The notes beneath the pieces were generated by a model. It saw only the letters and a list, made by a program, of their open reading frames with translations, had not been told where the DNA came from and ran no database searches. Shown here one piece after another: positions 52,068-62,247 of a stretch of DNA of 64,000 nucleotides (within the stretch, counting starts at the first letter, position 1; every line of letters begins with the position of its first letter). A program made the position numbers and the translations under genes. The DNA comes from a phage, in assembly GCA_024614665.1 (NCBI GenBank), contig GCA_024614665.1_4861.1; one strand, written 5' to 3'.

Positions 52068-53381
52068 CTAAGCTGTAAATTTTTCATCTTTGAGCCAAAG
52101 ACTCAGTTGTGATTGGGTGTTATAGCGTCCTGATGCCATCGTTTGACCGTCGACAGCGGACTGGAACACTTCACCCACCAACGTGCCGTAGCGGGTATAG
52201 ACCCCATACTCGTTGGCAAAAACGTATTTTACTGGCATACCGGGATATAGGATGCCGTGCGTTGAACGGTTCCAGGTTGTTTGCACAATCGTACCCAGAC
52301 CCATCTCCAGTTTAGACCGCTGCGGTTTATCAGTATCACTAAAGTGTTTATCAGGATCGATTGGTGCGTTAACCACGCCGCCTGGATACGCAGCAGGGTC
52401 GGCCTGCGCCACAAACTTATCAGGTGTGGTCATACTGATGTCGCCAGGCGTAAATGAACTACTACGCCCATCCAACACACGTACAGACCCTACCCGGTAA
52501 CCCGTACCGTGGTTAAGCGCGGCCTGGTCACGGTATTCCAAACTACTGGTGTCGCCGCCACAAATCAGATAGATAACATTACCCGCAATATCGGTGGTGC
52601 GGTCAATGTGAGCAGCCTGTTCACGAGGCAGATTATAGATGACCAGTTTAGGCTTCGTTGTGTTATTAAACTTCAACGAGTCCCAAGGTCGATACAGATA
52701 CCATCGTTGTAGGTATTGGAAGACCCCAATACCTTTGCTGTAAACACCGTAATGGTTCTGCAGATAATCAAACACGCTTAAGAAGTCTTCGGAGTCTGGT
52801 ATAACGATGTCCCGATATGCCTGCTGTTCTTCTTCATCGTATTCAATCCCTTTCAACTGCCCCTCTGCAGCCACCCCTTCCGGCAACGTATCCGCCAGTA
52901 TCGAGCGTGCCACTGTTAACCCATCTGTTTCGTGGTAGATGCCGCCCACTTGACGATTACGCAGGAACCACATCGACTCATCCATCAGCTCCAATGTTAC
53001 CAAAGCGATAGATTTCTCATCAGACTGACTCAAGAACATCGTCGGTGTTTCCGCGTTGTGGTCGCGGTTATTTATCACGATGCCGCGGTAGTTAAAGACC
53101 CCCGCGATTTTCTGTCCACGACGCAATAACAGCTTTACCTTCAAATCCCCTTCTGCGGACGACGTGATCATTCGCATGTGGCTGTAGGGTATAGCCAAGG
53201 TGAGATGTGTCAATAAACAGATATCACGCGTAAAGTGACCGGTGTGAATGATAGACAGCATCTTCAACACCGTCACTGGGGCACCGTGTACCGTGAGGAA
53301 TATCCCGTAGTCGATAGCCGGTAACCCCCGAGCATTAGCGATGTGACCGTTCGCCATCTGTTGTAACCGACCAAACGACAT
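52068..53381 (-). CDS. hypothetical protein, 437 aa (possible structural module)
   Basis: ORF track; part of four tightly coupled genes 52068..56755. Confidence 0.55.
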   Translation of the reverse strand: MSFGRLQQMANGHIANARGLPAIDYGIFLTVHGAPVTVLKMLSIIHTGHFTRDICLLTHLTLAIPYSHMRMITSSAEGDLKVKLLLRRGQKIAGVFNYRGIVINNRDHNAETPTMFLSQSDEKSIALVTLELMDESMWFLRNRQVGGIYHETDGLTVARSILADTLPEGVAAEGQLKGIEYDEEEQQAYRDIVIPDSEDFLSVFDYLQNHYGVYSKGIGVFQYLQRWYLYRPWDSLKFNNTTKPKLVIYNLPREQAAHIDRTTDIAGNVIYLICGGDTSSLEYRDQAALNHGTGYRVGSVRVLDGRSSSFTPGDISMTTPDKFVAQADPAAYPGGVVNAPIDPDKHFSDTDKPQRSKLEMGLGTIVQTTWNRSTHGILYPGMPVKYVFANEYGVYTRYGTLVGEVFQSAVDGQTMASGRYNTQSQLSLWLKDEKFTA

Positions 53382-53920
53382 TAGCGACCTCCTCGGGCTC
53401 TATAAGCGTACTCAATACGTTTCATAATCGTATCATTAAAACGGTGGAGTTTAGACTCCAGGCGGACCTGCCCAAATAACGACTGAACACAGTCCGCCAT
53501 CGTTGCCGTGGGTTTCTTGAAATACCCGTAGCGGTTAGCCACAGGAAACAGTTTCGAAGCCAGCACATTGAACTGACGCAACCCTTCGATAGGGACTTCC
53601 CGGTAAATCAGCGTCGGGTTCTCCAGATAGTTCAGCCAGTCCGCAAGGTGTTCCATAATCCACCCGTACACTTTAATCCCGTCATGCGGGTCGTGTACAT
53701 CTAACGCACCACCGGTCGCTAAATACTCAGCAGCTTCTGAGGGGTGCAGATAGATAGGCTTCATGTTCAGTAACAACGCTTGTCGTTTCTTCGGGTCTTC
53801 TGGCAAGAACAATCCGTGTTCCTGACTGGCGTAGGTTGTGATGGTTGCGTATTCCGGTACCCGGAAGAACACCCACGCTTTAAACAGCATAAATGCTGCA
53901 CTGCGCTTCTTCTCCGACAT
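53381..53920 (-). CDS. hypothetical protein, 179 aa
   Basis: ORF track; overlapping start/stop with neighbours. Confidence 0.55.
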   Translation of the reverse strand: MSEKKRSAAFMLFKAWVFFRVPEYATITTYASQEHGLFLPEDPKKRQALLLNMKPIYLHPSEAAEYLATGGALDVHDPHDGIKVYGWIMEHLADWLNYLENPTLIYREVPIEGLRQFNVLASKLFPVANRYGYFKKPTATMADCVQSLFGQVRLESKLHRFNDTIMKRIEYAYRARGGR

Positions 53921-53922
53921 TA

Positions 53923-55278
53923 CTACCTCGCGTATTTCAAAATCACGTAGACCATCGGGACGTAATAGAACTGACTGTCCTTCGGTAAAGCCAGCACCAA
54001 TTCTGCTAAACGCGCAGCCACTTCACTAGGTACCGGTTGTTTGTTCAGATACAGGTACAAACAATGCTCCAGAACCGAGCTGTACGAGCCGCTATAGAAC
54101 GTTTCGCTTAACAGGTAGGGTTTATACGTCAACGGCAGAAAAGCCACCATATCCTCGCCTGCGTTGCCCTGATACTCAGGGAACATAACCGGTTCAAATG
54201 CTTCGAACTCTGGCCATTCCCCATCGTACGTTGCCAACTGACGAATCTGTGATGTAAAGAAGCGCGTTGAACTGAACTGTGACCACGCGATGGTGTTGCG
54301 GGTCTGCATCGTTCTGAAAGTGCGCGGGTTAACTGCGCTGCATTCTTTCTCGACGTACGGTAGTAGTCCTGGCTGTTGATTTAACAACACCGTGAACAGC
54401 GTTTCGATATCTTGCACAGGTTTCGGCGGGTGTGGGTAAATACGGATATCTTTACCAACGGTTCGAAGGCCGATAGCCTTCACAAACATCGCCAAGAAGA
54501 CGTCGTAGTAGCCGCCTGCCTTTAACCCGTCGAGTTTCCAGTCGTGTGGATAAGCAAGAGTTTCTAAACTGGTATCGTAGAAGCGACGGACAAACGTCGT
54601 CTCAATGTCCTTAATGCGGTCTCCCAGCTCCAGGAACGTACGATACTCGTTGGGGGTCAGTAAGGTATCACCACCGGTCCACGCACGCTCACGGACGTAA
54701 TGGAGCGTTCTGACGGTACACAGACGAATCGTCTCTGCAATCTGCGGTGTAATCTCGTACAACATCGTGTAACGTATCTGGTACGTTGCAATTTTGTTGT
54801 TCGACATTCGGGTAACGGCAGTGATGTTAAACAGTCCGTGTCGATGGTCGCCTATCGGCGCAACAAAGAAGTCACCCTCGTTCGGTGTAATCGATGCTAC
54901 CAGGGTCGACGTCCCGGTCAGTTCGAAAGTCTTACGTTGTTCGTCCTGCGTACGGTCGAGCGGTGCGTTAACACGTAATGACAGATTAACAATCTTAAGC
55001 AGCTGTTGCGTAGGGCTGTCATTCTGAGTATCGAACATCGTCTTCGGATCGTTGCGACCCGACAACGCGTGATAAAAATCAACCGGCCATTCAGAACCTT
55101 CGTTGTATTGCAGGAGATACTGTTTCGGAATCCTGTCGAAGTCCGTTACCGTGGTGCGGGTTGGAATCGTTACCAAGTTGCTGGCTTCTTTTACCCCGTC
55201 CTGCGGTTTATTGATAATCGGAATCTCAGGTTCAACAGGAACGAATTTAGTATCACCCCTCTTGTTCGCCTTGAGCAT
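53923..55278 (-). CDS. hypothetical protein, 451 aa
   Basis: ORF track. Confidence 0.55.
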   Translation of the reverse strand: MLKANKRGDTKFVPVEPEIPIINKPQDGVKEASNLVTIPTRTTVTDFDRIPKQYLLQYNEGSEWPVDFYHALSGRNDPKTMFDTQNDSPTQQLLKIVNLSLRVNAPLDRTQDEQRKTFELTGTSTLVASITPNEGDFFVAPIGDHRHGLFNITAVTRMSNNKIATYQIRYTMLYEITPQIAETIRLCTVRTLHYVRERAWTGGDTLLTPNEYRTFLELGDRIKDIETTFVRRFYDTSLETLAYPHDWKLDGLKAGGYYDVFLAMFVKAIGLRTVGKDIRIYPHPPKPVQDIETLFTVLLNQQPGLLPYVEKECSAVNPRTFRTMQTRNTIAWSQFSSTRFFTSQIRQLATYDGEWPEFEAFEPVMFPEYQGNAGEDMVAFLPLTYKPYLLSETFYSGSYSSVLEHCLYLYLNKQPVPSEVAARLAELVLALPKDSQFYYVPMVYVILKYAR

Positions 55279-56755
55279 TATCGGCTCCTCTGATGGCTAT
55301 AATCGTGGTATTAAATTGCGTCAACAGGACACGGCGATAGAACTTCGTGATTTCATCAATCACACTTGGTGGTAACACAGGTTTATCCCACCACCAATCC
55401 GGGCAATCCCAATCTGGGAATAACCACTCAATAAGCACTTTTGCCGCTTTTGGATAAAGATGCAGTGGCCATAAGTCCAGATTACGCCAGTCGTGTATTG
55501 CCGACTCTGTTAAGTAGTACGCTTTCTCGACATGAACTTCACGGTTACGTAGCGAGAAAACACCGTTCTCCCAATGATAGAAACGCGGTTCAATAATTTG
55601 ACCGTTCTCGAACAATTCCATACGGATAATGCCCGTCTGACCTGTCGGGTCTATCGTGCGACAGTGCTCGATATAAGGAACCACGTCGGCATTCCAGACA
55701 TACGGTAAATCATCGATACTACAAACCTCAGGGTCGATCATGTTTTCTTCACCGAAGGCTACATCGGTGCCGAACACATGCAGAAGCTTTGCTTTTAGCG
55801 GCGAGTGTGTACGTTCGAACTGTTCTGTCGGTGACAGCAGATACGGTAGGCGTAAGAACTGGCGAGATTCATTAATCCACCAAGTGCCGTCGAGGTTCTT
55901 TTGCTGTTGGTGACGTTGCACACCCTCTTCATTACTCACAAACGGTGGGTCTATCTCAGGCCACCATTCATCAGGCAACGGTGTTTGGTTGATGATGTAC
56001 GGGTAGGTAATCACCACCTCTTCGGGTCGCTGATACGAGAAGCGTATAACGAAGCTGGTCTCGTAATGGTTTTCGTCGTTATCCCAGGTAGGAGAGATAA
56101 CATCGTAAACCGTCTCGATACGGGTTGGTGCATAACGCACCGCTAAGACATTCTGGCCACCGGCGACATTGCCTGTGGTGAAAACGTCGGGTGTGAAATG
56201 TGCCTTTAGATAGGCTTTAAAGTCATCGTATTTCGGCACACGGGTCCCTGCGGCAATATAGCATTCGTTCAATAGCTTAAGCGCAGGTTTTGGAATCAAG
56301 TAATACGCTTCGGATTCCGTCATGGTCGAATAGCGACCCATGTCGATAAGTGAATCCAGGCGGTTCGCCCAACGTAACAATTCGTCGCGTGATGGGCCGA
56401 CACGCCGGAGCGTGATGGTCACGTTATACATTACGCGGACAGGAGCAGCGCGTACTTGGTCTTCGGGGTTATGGAAGAATGGAATCTCTGCCGCTAACCC
56501 AACTTGACGGTTAATGCGTGCACGTTCATCACGTTCTTCTTCCACTTCGACGTAGACACGGTTCGGTGCTGAATAGTCCACCGGTGTCTCATCGCCGAGC
56601 GTAGAGCCTGGCTGATGGGCGGTGTTGAAGCTATCCGTGAAAACAACACTGGCACGTTCAATACCAGATTCGTTTAGCACACGTTCTACGACGCCGTCGA
56701 CCACAGCTTTGCGCATGGTCTTGTCCAACGATGGAATTTCAAAATACTGTTGCAT
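55253..56755 (-). CDS. hypothetical Trp-rich protein, 500 aa
   Basis: ORF track. Confidence 0.55.
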   Translation of the reverse strand: MQQYFEIPSLDKTMRKAVVDGVVERVLNESGIERASVVFTDSFNTAHQPGSTLGDETPVDYSAPNRVYVEVEEERDERARINRQVGLAAEIPFFHNPEDQVRAAPVRVMYNVTITLRRVGPSRDELLRWANRLDSLIDMGRYSTMTESEAYYLIPKPALKLLNECYIAAGTRVPKYDDFKAYLKAHFTPDVFTTGNVAGGQNVLAVRYAPTRIETVYDVISPTWDNDENHYETSFVIRFSYQRPEEVVITYPYIINQTPLPDEWWPEIDPPFVSNEEGVQRHQQQKNLDGTWWINESRQFLRLPYLLSPTEQFERTHSPLKAKLLHVFGTDVAFGEENMIDPEVCSIDDLPYVWNADVVPYIEHCRTIDPTGQTGIIRMELFENGQIIEPRFYHWENGVFSLRNREVHVEKAYYLTESAIHDWRNLDLWPLHLYPKAAKVLIEWLFPDWDCPDWWWDKPVLPPSVIDEITKFYRRVLLTQFNTTIIAIRGADNAQGEQEG

Positions 56756-56805
56756 TAGCTGTCCCTCGTTGTAGTCATATCACTGGCCTAAAACGCAAAA
56801 AAAAG

Positions 56806-56826
56806 AAAGGGAGCCGAAACTCCCTT
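56806..56826 (-). terminator. hairpin terminator
   Basis: AAGGGAG-CCGAAA-CTCCCTT then U8 on the minus strand; downstream of 56833..57162. Confidence 0.55.
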
Positions 56827-56832
56827 CGTGTT

Positions 56833-57162
56833 TTAGTGGGCCAGCCAAGCCAGCTGCCACTTCTTACATTTTATTCCGCTGTGTCCAACCGGATTGCGGA
56901 TAATGTCCATCGTTTGCCCGACAACGAATTCAATCATCTTGTCTGATAACCTTTTACCCATCGCGATAGAGAGGGCTGTAACTTGATCAGGGTCATCGAT
57001 GTTCGCATAGACCGGCTCATTACTGCCGAAGATAAGATAGAAGGAACCCTCGCACGCCACGATTGAGGTCAGTGGCACGATACACCCGGTATACTCTCTC
57101 GCCAGTTCAGCCGCATTTGGGGTTACTTCCATTACGTAACCTTTAACAGATTTCTTTTCCAC
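56833..57162 (-). CDS. hypothetical protein, 109 aa
   Basis: GTG start with GGAG SD directly after the DHFR stop (TAA-A-GTG); alternative ATG at 57130-57132. Confidence 0.45.
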   Translation of the reverse strand: MEKKSVKGYVMEVTPNAAELAREYTGCIVPLTSIVACEGSFYLIFGSNEPVYANIDDPDQVTALSIAMGKRLSDKMIEFVVGQTMDIIRNPVGHSGIKCKKWQLAWLAH

Positions 57163-57163
57163 T

Positions 57164-57715
57164 TTAAACTCCAGCGATACGATTTAAAATTTGATACGTC
57201 CAACGGTGCGTGTGTTTCTGGCCGTCGGGTAAATGAGTCATGGTGTAGTCGACTTGAAAAACATCTCTGTCGATTTCTGGGAAGAATGCATCTGCACCTT
57301 CAACAGCAATGTCAATACGCGATAGATAAATACGATCCGCACGAGCGAGGGTTTGTTGATAAACTGATGCGCCGCCAATAATCATCACCTCTTGCTCTTT
57401 TCCGGTATCTTTCTCGATACGTTCCAGAGCTTTGATGGCTAAATCAATACTCGTGTGAAACGTCACCAAACGCATGTCGGTGTGTTCTTCCCGGCCATTG
57501 ATGTACCCTTCTGGGTTACGAGTAACAATTAAGTTACCGCGGTTAGGCAAAGGACGACAACCTAACGATTCCCAGGTCTTACTACCCATGATAACGTTCT
57601 TCCCTGTGGTAATTGCCTTAAAGTTAGCCAGGTCGGCAGGCAGACGCCACGGCAGTTCATTGTTTTTACCGATGGCGTTGTTGCGGTCCATCGCGACGAT
57701 AATAGAGAGTTTCAC
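57164..57715 (-). CDS. frd: dihydrofolate reductase
   Basis: MKLSIIVAMDRNNAIGKNNELPWRLPADL and IMGSKTW match the DHFR N-terminal NADPH/folate-binding signature; size 183 aa. Confidence 0.85.
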   Translation of the reverse strand: MKLSIIVAMDRNNAIGKNNELPWRLPADLANFKAITTGKNVIMGSKTWESLGCRPLPNRGNLIVTRNPEGYINGREEHTDMRLVTFHTSIDLAIKALERIEKDTGKEQEVMIIGGASVYQQTLARADRIYLSRIDIAVEGADAFFPEIDRDVFQVDYTMTHLPDGQKHTHRWTYQILNRIAGV

Positions 57716-58086
57716 GGTTTGCTCCTACGGGCTTTAGATAATTCTTTCATTGCGTGGCGTAAATGGCGACTAAATTCAAGACGGCTATACGAGAATGTCA
57801 CCGGATAGTCCAGAATCACCGACAGTGATACCGTTCTGGCATCCACTTCGACCAACAGACTGTTCGTACAGCAACCTGCAAACATCCCACTACCAACCAA
57901 CGGCCTCTTAAGCCTAATAGTTAGCGTACCAAGCCATTCCCTGTCGCCGAGCAGCAACAAGGCCTCTGCCAGGTCTTCTTCAACTACCGCTAGACAGTAT
58001 TCGACATCTCGTACACGGAGGCGAATCTGCGGTTCTACGTTTGCGATTTCTGGCGTCATCTCAAATTTAAATTTATCGGTCATCAA
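57712..58086 (-). CDS. hypothetical protein, 124 aa
   Basis: ORF track; ATGA overlap with DHFR start. Confidence 0.5.
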   Translation of the reverse strand: MMTDKFKFEMTPEIANVEPQIRLRVRDVEYCLAVVEEDLAEALLLLGDREWLGTLTIRLKRPLVGSGMFAGCCTNSLLVEVDARTVSLSVILDYPVTFSYSRLEFSRHLRHAMKELSKARRSKP

Positions 58087-58101
58087 ACAATCCCAAAAAA
58101 G

Positions 58102-58124
58102 AAGGTGGCATGTTAGGCCACCTT
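58102..58124 (-). terminator. hairpin terminator
   Basis: AAGGTGGC-ATGTTAG-GCCACCTT then U-run; downstream of 58131..58676. Confidence 0.55.
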
Positions 58125-58130
58125 ATTAAA

Positions 58131-58676
58131 TCATTGAACCATACGCTGCGCGTCGTAAGACGGTGCGAGGTTCACAACACGACCATGTAGAGTTTGCTCT
58201 GCTTCGTCTAACAGGTCATCGCGTACGAGCGTCTGGCGAATGTAAAGCGTTGCACGTATCCCCTCAGCGCTGTAAGGCGCGGTGACCATTTTGGTCTGGT
58301 AACCATCAATCGTCACCGGAACACGCTCACCGTTACGACGAACAAAATGCTCCAACTTACCGTAATCGTGACTACAGACTTTAGACATGTCGGACAATCC
58401 CGCATCGATTAAGTATTTCCAAAGACCGATGATGCTCTCCGAGCAATGTTTGTTAAGTTCACCTTCGACGACAAACTCGTACCCACCGTACGTTAGAATG
58501 TGCGTGCCTGCTGCACGACGATCACATTCTAAAATGAATACGCCCAGACCAATCATAACTGGACGCGGGATTGTCATGACACTGGTACTAAATTGCAGCG
58601 TAGTAACCTCATCCCAAAGGGGCGATGATTTATCGTTACTTACGCTAATAATATCTTTAAGATTGACACGTTTCAT
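58131..58676 (-). CDS. hypothetical protein, 181 aa
   Basis: Preceded by conserved leader TAATCGACCATTAATCTTAAGGAGTATTTATA and AAATATTAC promoter variant. Confidence 0.6.
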   Translation of the reverse strand: MKRVNLKDIISVSNDKSSPLWDEVTTLQFSTSVMTIPRPVMIGLGVFILECDRRAAGTHILTYGGYEFVVEGELNKHCSESIIGLWKYLIDAGLSDMSKVCSHDYGKLEHFVRRNGERVPVTIDGYQTKMVTAPYSAEGIRATLYIRQTLVRDDLLDEAEQTLHGRVVNLAPSYDAQRMVQ

Positions 58677-58726
58677 TATAAATACTCCTTAAGATTAATG
58701 GTCGATTACATACGGTTTCAGGCTAA

Positions 58727-58739
58727 CGTAATATTTACG
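58727..58739 (-). promoter_or_regulatory. class-1 variant (AAATATTAC) overlapping the stop codon of the upstream gene
   Basis: Followed by the full conserved leader before gene 58131..58676. Confidence 0.35.
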
Positions 58740-59496
58740 CTGCTGGTTCTTCAGCGGTTTTCACTTCAACTGGTTTCATCAGCGAGTTCGCACAGTCGAA
58801 GATAGCATCCAGGAAACCACGGAACGGCTTCATGGCTTCACGCTGGGCGTTCTGACGTTCTTCTTCAATTGCTTCTTCTTGCGCCTGAATTTCTTCAGCA
58901 GTCAGCTCCGGGTGTTCCGTCATGCTTTCTGCCAGGGTCATCACTTTCGGCTGCGCATTCCGAATCGGAATACGGCGGATGACCTTGGTGATATTCCCGA
59001 GCTTCATGCCACCCAGCGCGGTTTCGAACAGCGTACCGAAATCTTGCAGTGGGTCTTCGCTGATTTCCAGTACCGCCGGAGTCGCAACCAGACCAAAGGC
59101 AATGACCAATTCAACAGCAGTGTCAGTGACGTGCACAGCGAACGGGGTGTCTTCCATCTGCAGGTAATTGTTACCATTATAGGTCACCGGAATGAATTTG
59201 ATTTCTTCCCCTTTCTTCAGGCGCAGTGTGTCGACTGCGGCTTTGTACTGAACTTCGTACAGTTCCGGTTTAACACCGTCAACGTTATCCAGTGTAAAGA
59301 GCAGGTCGCCAACCGCCATACGGCGCGGCAGTTTGCGTTTGTTGATTTCGCGCAGCCAGACTTGTAAGCCGGTGAATTGAATTGGGGACAGTATAATTTT
59401 AAAGCCGTTGGTTGCTTGCAGGATAGCACCGTCGTCTTCGCTACGTTCGATAGAGCCATTAGCCAGAGTAAGCAGATTGATAGTTTTCATTTTCAT
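58735..59496 (-). CDS. hypothetical protein, 253 aa
   Basis: Downstream of class-1 promoter motif and leader. Confidence 0.6.
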   Translation of the reverse strand: MKMKTINLLTLANGSIERSEDDGAILQATNGFKIILSPIQFTGLQVWLREINKRKLPRRMAVGDLLFTLDNVDGVKPELYEVQYKAAVDTLRLKKGEEIKFIPVTYNGNNYLQMEDTPFAVHVTDTAVELVIAFGLVATPAVLEISEDPLQDFGTLFETALGGMKLGNITKVIRRIPIRNAQPKVMTLAESMTEHPELTAEEIQAQEEAIEEERQNAQREAMKPFRGFLDAIFDCANSLMKPVEVKTAEEPAA

Positions 59497-59537
59497 ATTC
59501 CTTAAGTGATAGTCGGTTAAAAGATTACCAATGCAAT

Positions 59538-59563
59538 CTCACCTAGGTAATATATATCTGAAA
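59538..59563 (-). promoter_or_regulatory. class-1 promoter-like motif
   Basis: Plus-strand CTCACCTAGGTAATATATATCTGAAA; upstream of 58735..59496. Confidence 0.55.
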
Positions 59564-59598
59564 TCTTTTCTAATCTGAGACAAAAAAAGAAAGGGTAA

Positions 59599-59620
59599 AT
59601 CCCCCACCGAAGTGGGGGAT
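59599..59620 (-). terminator. UUCG-loop hairpin terminator
   Basis: ATCCCCCAC-CGAA-GTGGGGGAT then U-rich tract; downstream of paralog B, followed by class-1 promoter. Confidence 0.6.
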
Positions 59621-59632
59621 TCGCCAGTCTAA

Positions 59633-60892
59633 TTACTTAGACTTTTCGTACGCACCGATACCGGCGCTGATGTAGCCGTTAACGCCGGCGATCAGGTTTT
59701 TCTGGCCAGTTGCAACGCAACGTTCGGTCCAGGAGATGTACTGGTTCGCAACGGTGATTGCACGACGTGCAACACGGACGTTGGAAGTCAGTTCAGCGTT
59801 GTCGTCGATCTTCACGCCGTCGATACGTTTCAGCAGCGCCTCAATAGCCCGCTCGTACGATTCTTGAGCCTGGTTATTTTTGTGGTACGCTTTCACGTTC
59901 TCTTCGACTGCTTTACCCAGCTGGTTGAAGAACGCAACCAGAGAAGACAGCGTCTGAGCAGACGGAGTAGAAACAGATTTTTCTACGCTGCCTTCAGCAT
60001 CGATAACGGTGAAGGAAGCTTCCAGGTCATCCCCGTTCACTTTCACGTCAGCTTTACCGATCTGGTTACCCAGCAGTTGAACTTCGCCCGCTTTGCCTGC
60101 AGTGGCTTTGTTAACCGCTGCTGCGAAGCCGCTGTTCAGTTTCCCGCCTTCAACTGCGCTGACCATGCTGGTTGCAGCTTTGACCACTGCATCCTGCTCG
60201 CCGTAGATGCTGCCGATAGTAGACAGAACACCTTTCAGGACGTTGATGTCGTTACCGACGAACTTACCACCGGTGGTCAGGTTCTTAATGAACCCACCGC
60301 TAACGGTGTCTTTCTTCTGCTTGCCCAGGCCACGCAGAGCCGCGTCATATTTCTTAGCGCGCGCCTGAATGGATTTACCCTGGTTGCTGAACTTGAGCCA
60401 GCGATCTTTGATTTTACGGCCTTGTTCTTTCAGCCAGTCGAAGATACGCTGCAGGAACGCTTTGATGTCGTCCCACAGTGATTCACGAGCAACCTGACGG
60501 CGTTTACGTGCGCCGTAAGATTCCTGCGCAACGCTTACGCGGTGATCGAATGCCCAACGTTTACGGATAGATTCCTGCGCAACGTCCAGCTGCTCAGCAG
60601 CTTCGTCAGGCATATCTTCTTCCACTTCCATTGGCTCTTCGCCATCTTCGCCTTCGCCGTCAGCAGCGGCTTCAGCAGCATCAACTGCATCCAGCTGTGC
60701 ATCAGTTTCGTCACCGTCTTCTGCCAGCACGTCTGCTTCTGCGTCCAGCTGGTCGATCGGTTTGGTGTCATGCTCGATGTCGGCCAGGGTACCTTCCACG
60801 GACTCAGCCGGCAGCTCGATGCCATCTGGAACGACAGTGCCTGCGCCTTCGACAGATTCACGAGCGAGTTTACTTTTTACAAAGTTAGCCAT
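59633..60892 (-). CDS. paralog B of tandem pair, 419 aa; acidic N-terminal third, Lys-rich middle; putative abundant virion or scaffold-like protein
   Basis: First 15 residues (MANFVKSKLARESVE) and C-terminal GIGAYEKSK identical to 60970..62247; strong codon bias. Confidence 0.6.
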   Translation of the reverse strand: MANFVKSKLARESVEGAGTVVPDGIELPAESVEGTLADIEHDTKPIDQLDAEADVLAEDGDETDAQLDAVDAAEAAADGEGEDGEEPMEVEEDMPDEAAEQLDVAQESIRKRWAFDHRVSVAQESYGARKRRQVARESLWDDIKAFLQRIFDWLKEQGRKIKDRWLKFSNQGKSIQARAKKYDAALRGLGKQKKDTVSGGFIKNLTTGGKFVGNDINVLKGVLSTIGSIYGEQDAVVKAATSMVSAVEGGKLNSGFAAAVNKATAGKAGEVQLLGNQIGKADVKVNGDDLEASFTVIDAEGSVEKSVSTPSAQTLSSLVAFFNQLGKAVEENVKAYHKNNQAQESYERAIEALLKRIDGVKIDDNAELTSNVRVARRAITVANQYISWTERCVATGQKNLIAGVNGYISAGIGAYEKSK

Positions 60893-60908
60893 CTTTTTCT
60901 ATCCTCTA

Positions 60909-60929
60909 GGCGGTACGCCGTGTACCGCC
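60909..60929 (-). terminator. hairpin between the tandem paralogs
   Basis: GGCGGTAC-GCCGT-GTACCGCC immediately upstream of the SD of 59633..60892; may attenuate or structure the inter-paralog region. Confidence 0.4.
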
Positions 60930-60969
60930 ATTAATGATTTGTCAACTGACGTTCAGTACGTAAAGCGGA

Positions 60970-62247
60970 TTAAGCTTTAGACTTTTCGTACGCGCCAATA
61001 CCAGCGCCGATGTAGCCGTTCAGGCCGCTGATAACAGTGTTACCAACGTGAGCCACAGCACGGTTCAGAGTCTGGTAGTTACGCACAGCCTGGTCAGCTG
61101 CAGTGCGTGCATTACGCAGCGCTTCCCACTCGCCTTCGTCGTTGGATTTTTTCAGAGCGGCAGCAGCTTTGGCAGCAGCCTCTTCCAGTTTCTCAACGTC
61201 AGCATCGTAGCTGCGGAAGTCTTGCAGGACTTTCTCGAAGCCTTTACCGATAACGTCCAGGGCAGACGCAGCAGATGCCAGTGCAGAAATAGCCGGAGTA
61301 GCGATTTCTTTCGTTTCAGAAACGTCACCCGTCGACAGGAAGGCCACTGCGGTGAATTCCTGACCGCCTGCCAGAGTTTTGGTGCCGGTCTGTACATAGG
61401 CGTTGCCTGGCAGTGCCAGAACTTTCTGACCGCCTTCGCCGTCTTCGAATTGCGGCAGTGCGCGCAGTTTCTTCGCAGCGGTACCAAACAGGGCAACGTC
61501 AACAGCGCCTTTAGCAGCGGTTGCGGTACCGTCTGAAGTTTTGGTGATCGCTACAGCAGAGTCAGCCGCCTGAGAGGACAGCTTGTTGATAGCATCTTTC
61601 GCTTTACCGCCGGTCAGCTCTTTCGCGATAGCGATAGAGTTGGCCACATCGAATTCACCTTCGATAGACAGTTTGCTAATAAAGCCACCAGAAATGTTTT
61701 CTTTCTTCTGTTTGCCGAGCTTACGCAGCATCTCCTGGTAAGCTTTCGCACGTTTCTGCGCGGACTTACCAACGTTGATGTACTTCAGTTTCAGCTCTTT
61801 CGCTTTCGCGATAACTGCTTTACACAGTTCAACGAAGCGTTCGAACAGATCTTTCAGGGTTTCTTTCCAGCCTTCCTGAGCTGCTTTGGTCATGCCACGG
61901 CCACGGCGATAAGATTCGCGTGCCAGTTTGGTACGATCGATAGCCCAACGTTTACGGATAGATTCCTGCGCCACTTCGGTGTGAGCGATGGCTTCTTCAG
62001 GCATCTCTTCACCGTTTTCGATTTTTTCGTCAGCAGCGTCGATAGCAGCTTCGGTACGCTCGGTATCAGCAGCCAGAGTTTCCTGGTCACCATCGAGCTG
62101 TTCCAGCTGACCGTCGATAGACGCAACTTCTGCCAGCTGAACGTCGATGTTCTCTTCTGCCGGTTCAACGTTGCTCAGACCGTCGATTACGTCGCCGGTA
62201 GCTTCAACGGACTCGCGGGCGAGTTTACTTTTTACAAAGTTTGCCAT
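60970..62247 (-). CDS. paralog A of tandem pair, 425 aa
   Basis: Tandem duplicate of 59633..60892 with conserved termini and diverged middle. Confidence 0.6.
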   Translation of the reverse strand: MANFVKSKLARESVEATGDVIDGLSNVEPAEENIDVQLAEVASIDGQLEQLDGDQETLAADTERTEAAIDAADEKIENGEEMPEEAIAHTEVAQESIRKRWAIDRTKLARESYRRGRGMTKAAQEGWKETLKDLFERFVELCKAVIAKAKELKLKYINVGKSAQKRAKAYQEMLRKLGKQKKENISGGFISKLSIEGEFDVANSIAIAKELTGGKAKDAINKLSSQAADSAVAITKTSDGTATAAKGAVDVALFGTAAKKLRALPQFEDGEGGQKVLALPGNAYVQTGTKTLAGGQEFTAVAFLSTGDVSETKEIATPAISALASAASALDVIGKGFEKVLQDFRSYDADVEKLEEAAAKAAAALKKSNDEGEWEALRNARTAADQAVRNYQTLNRAVAHVGNTVISGLNGYIGAGIGAYEKSKA

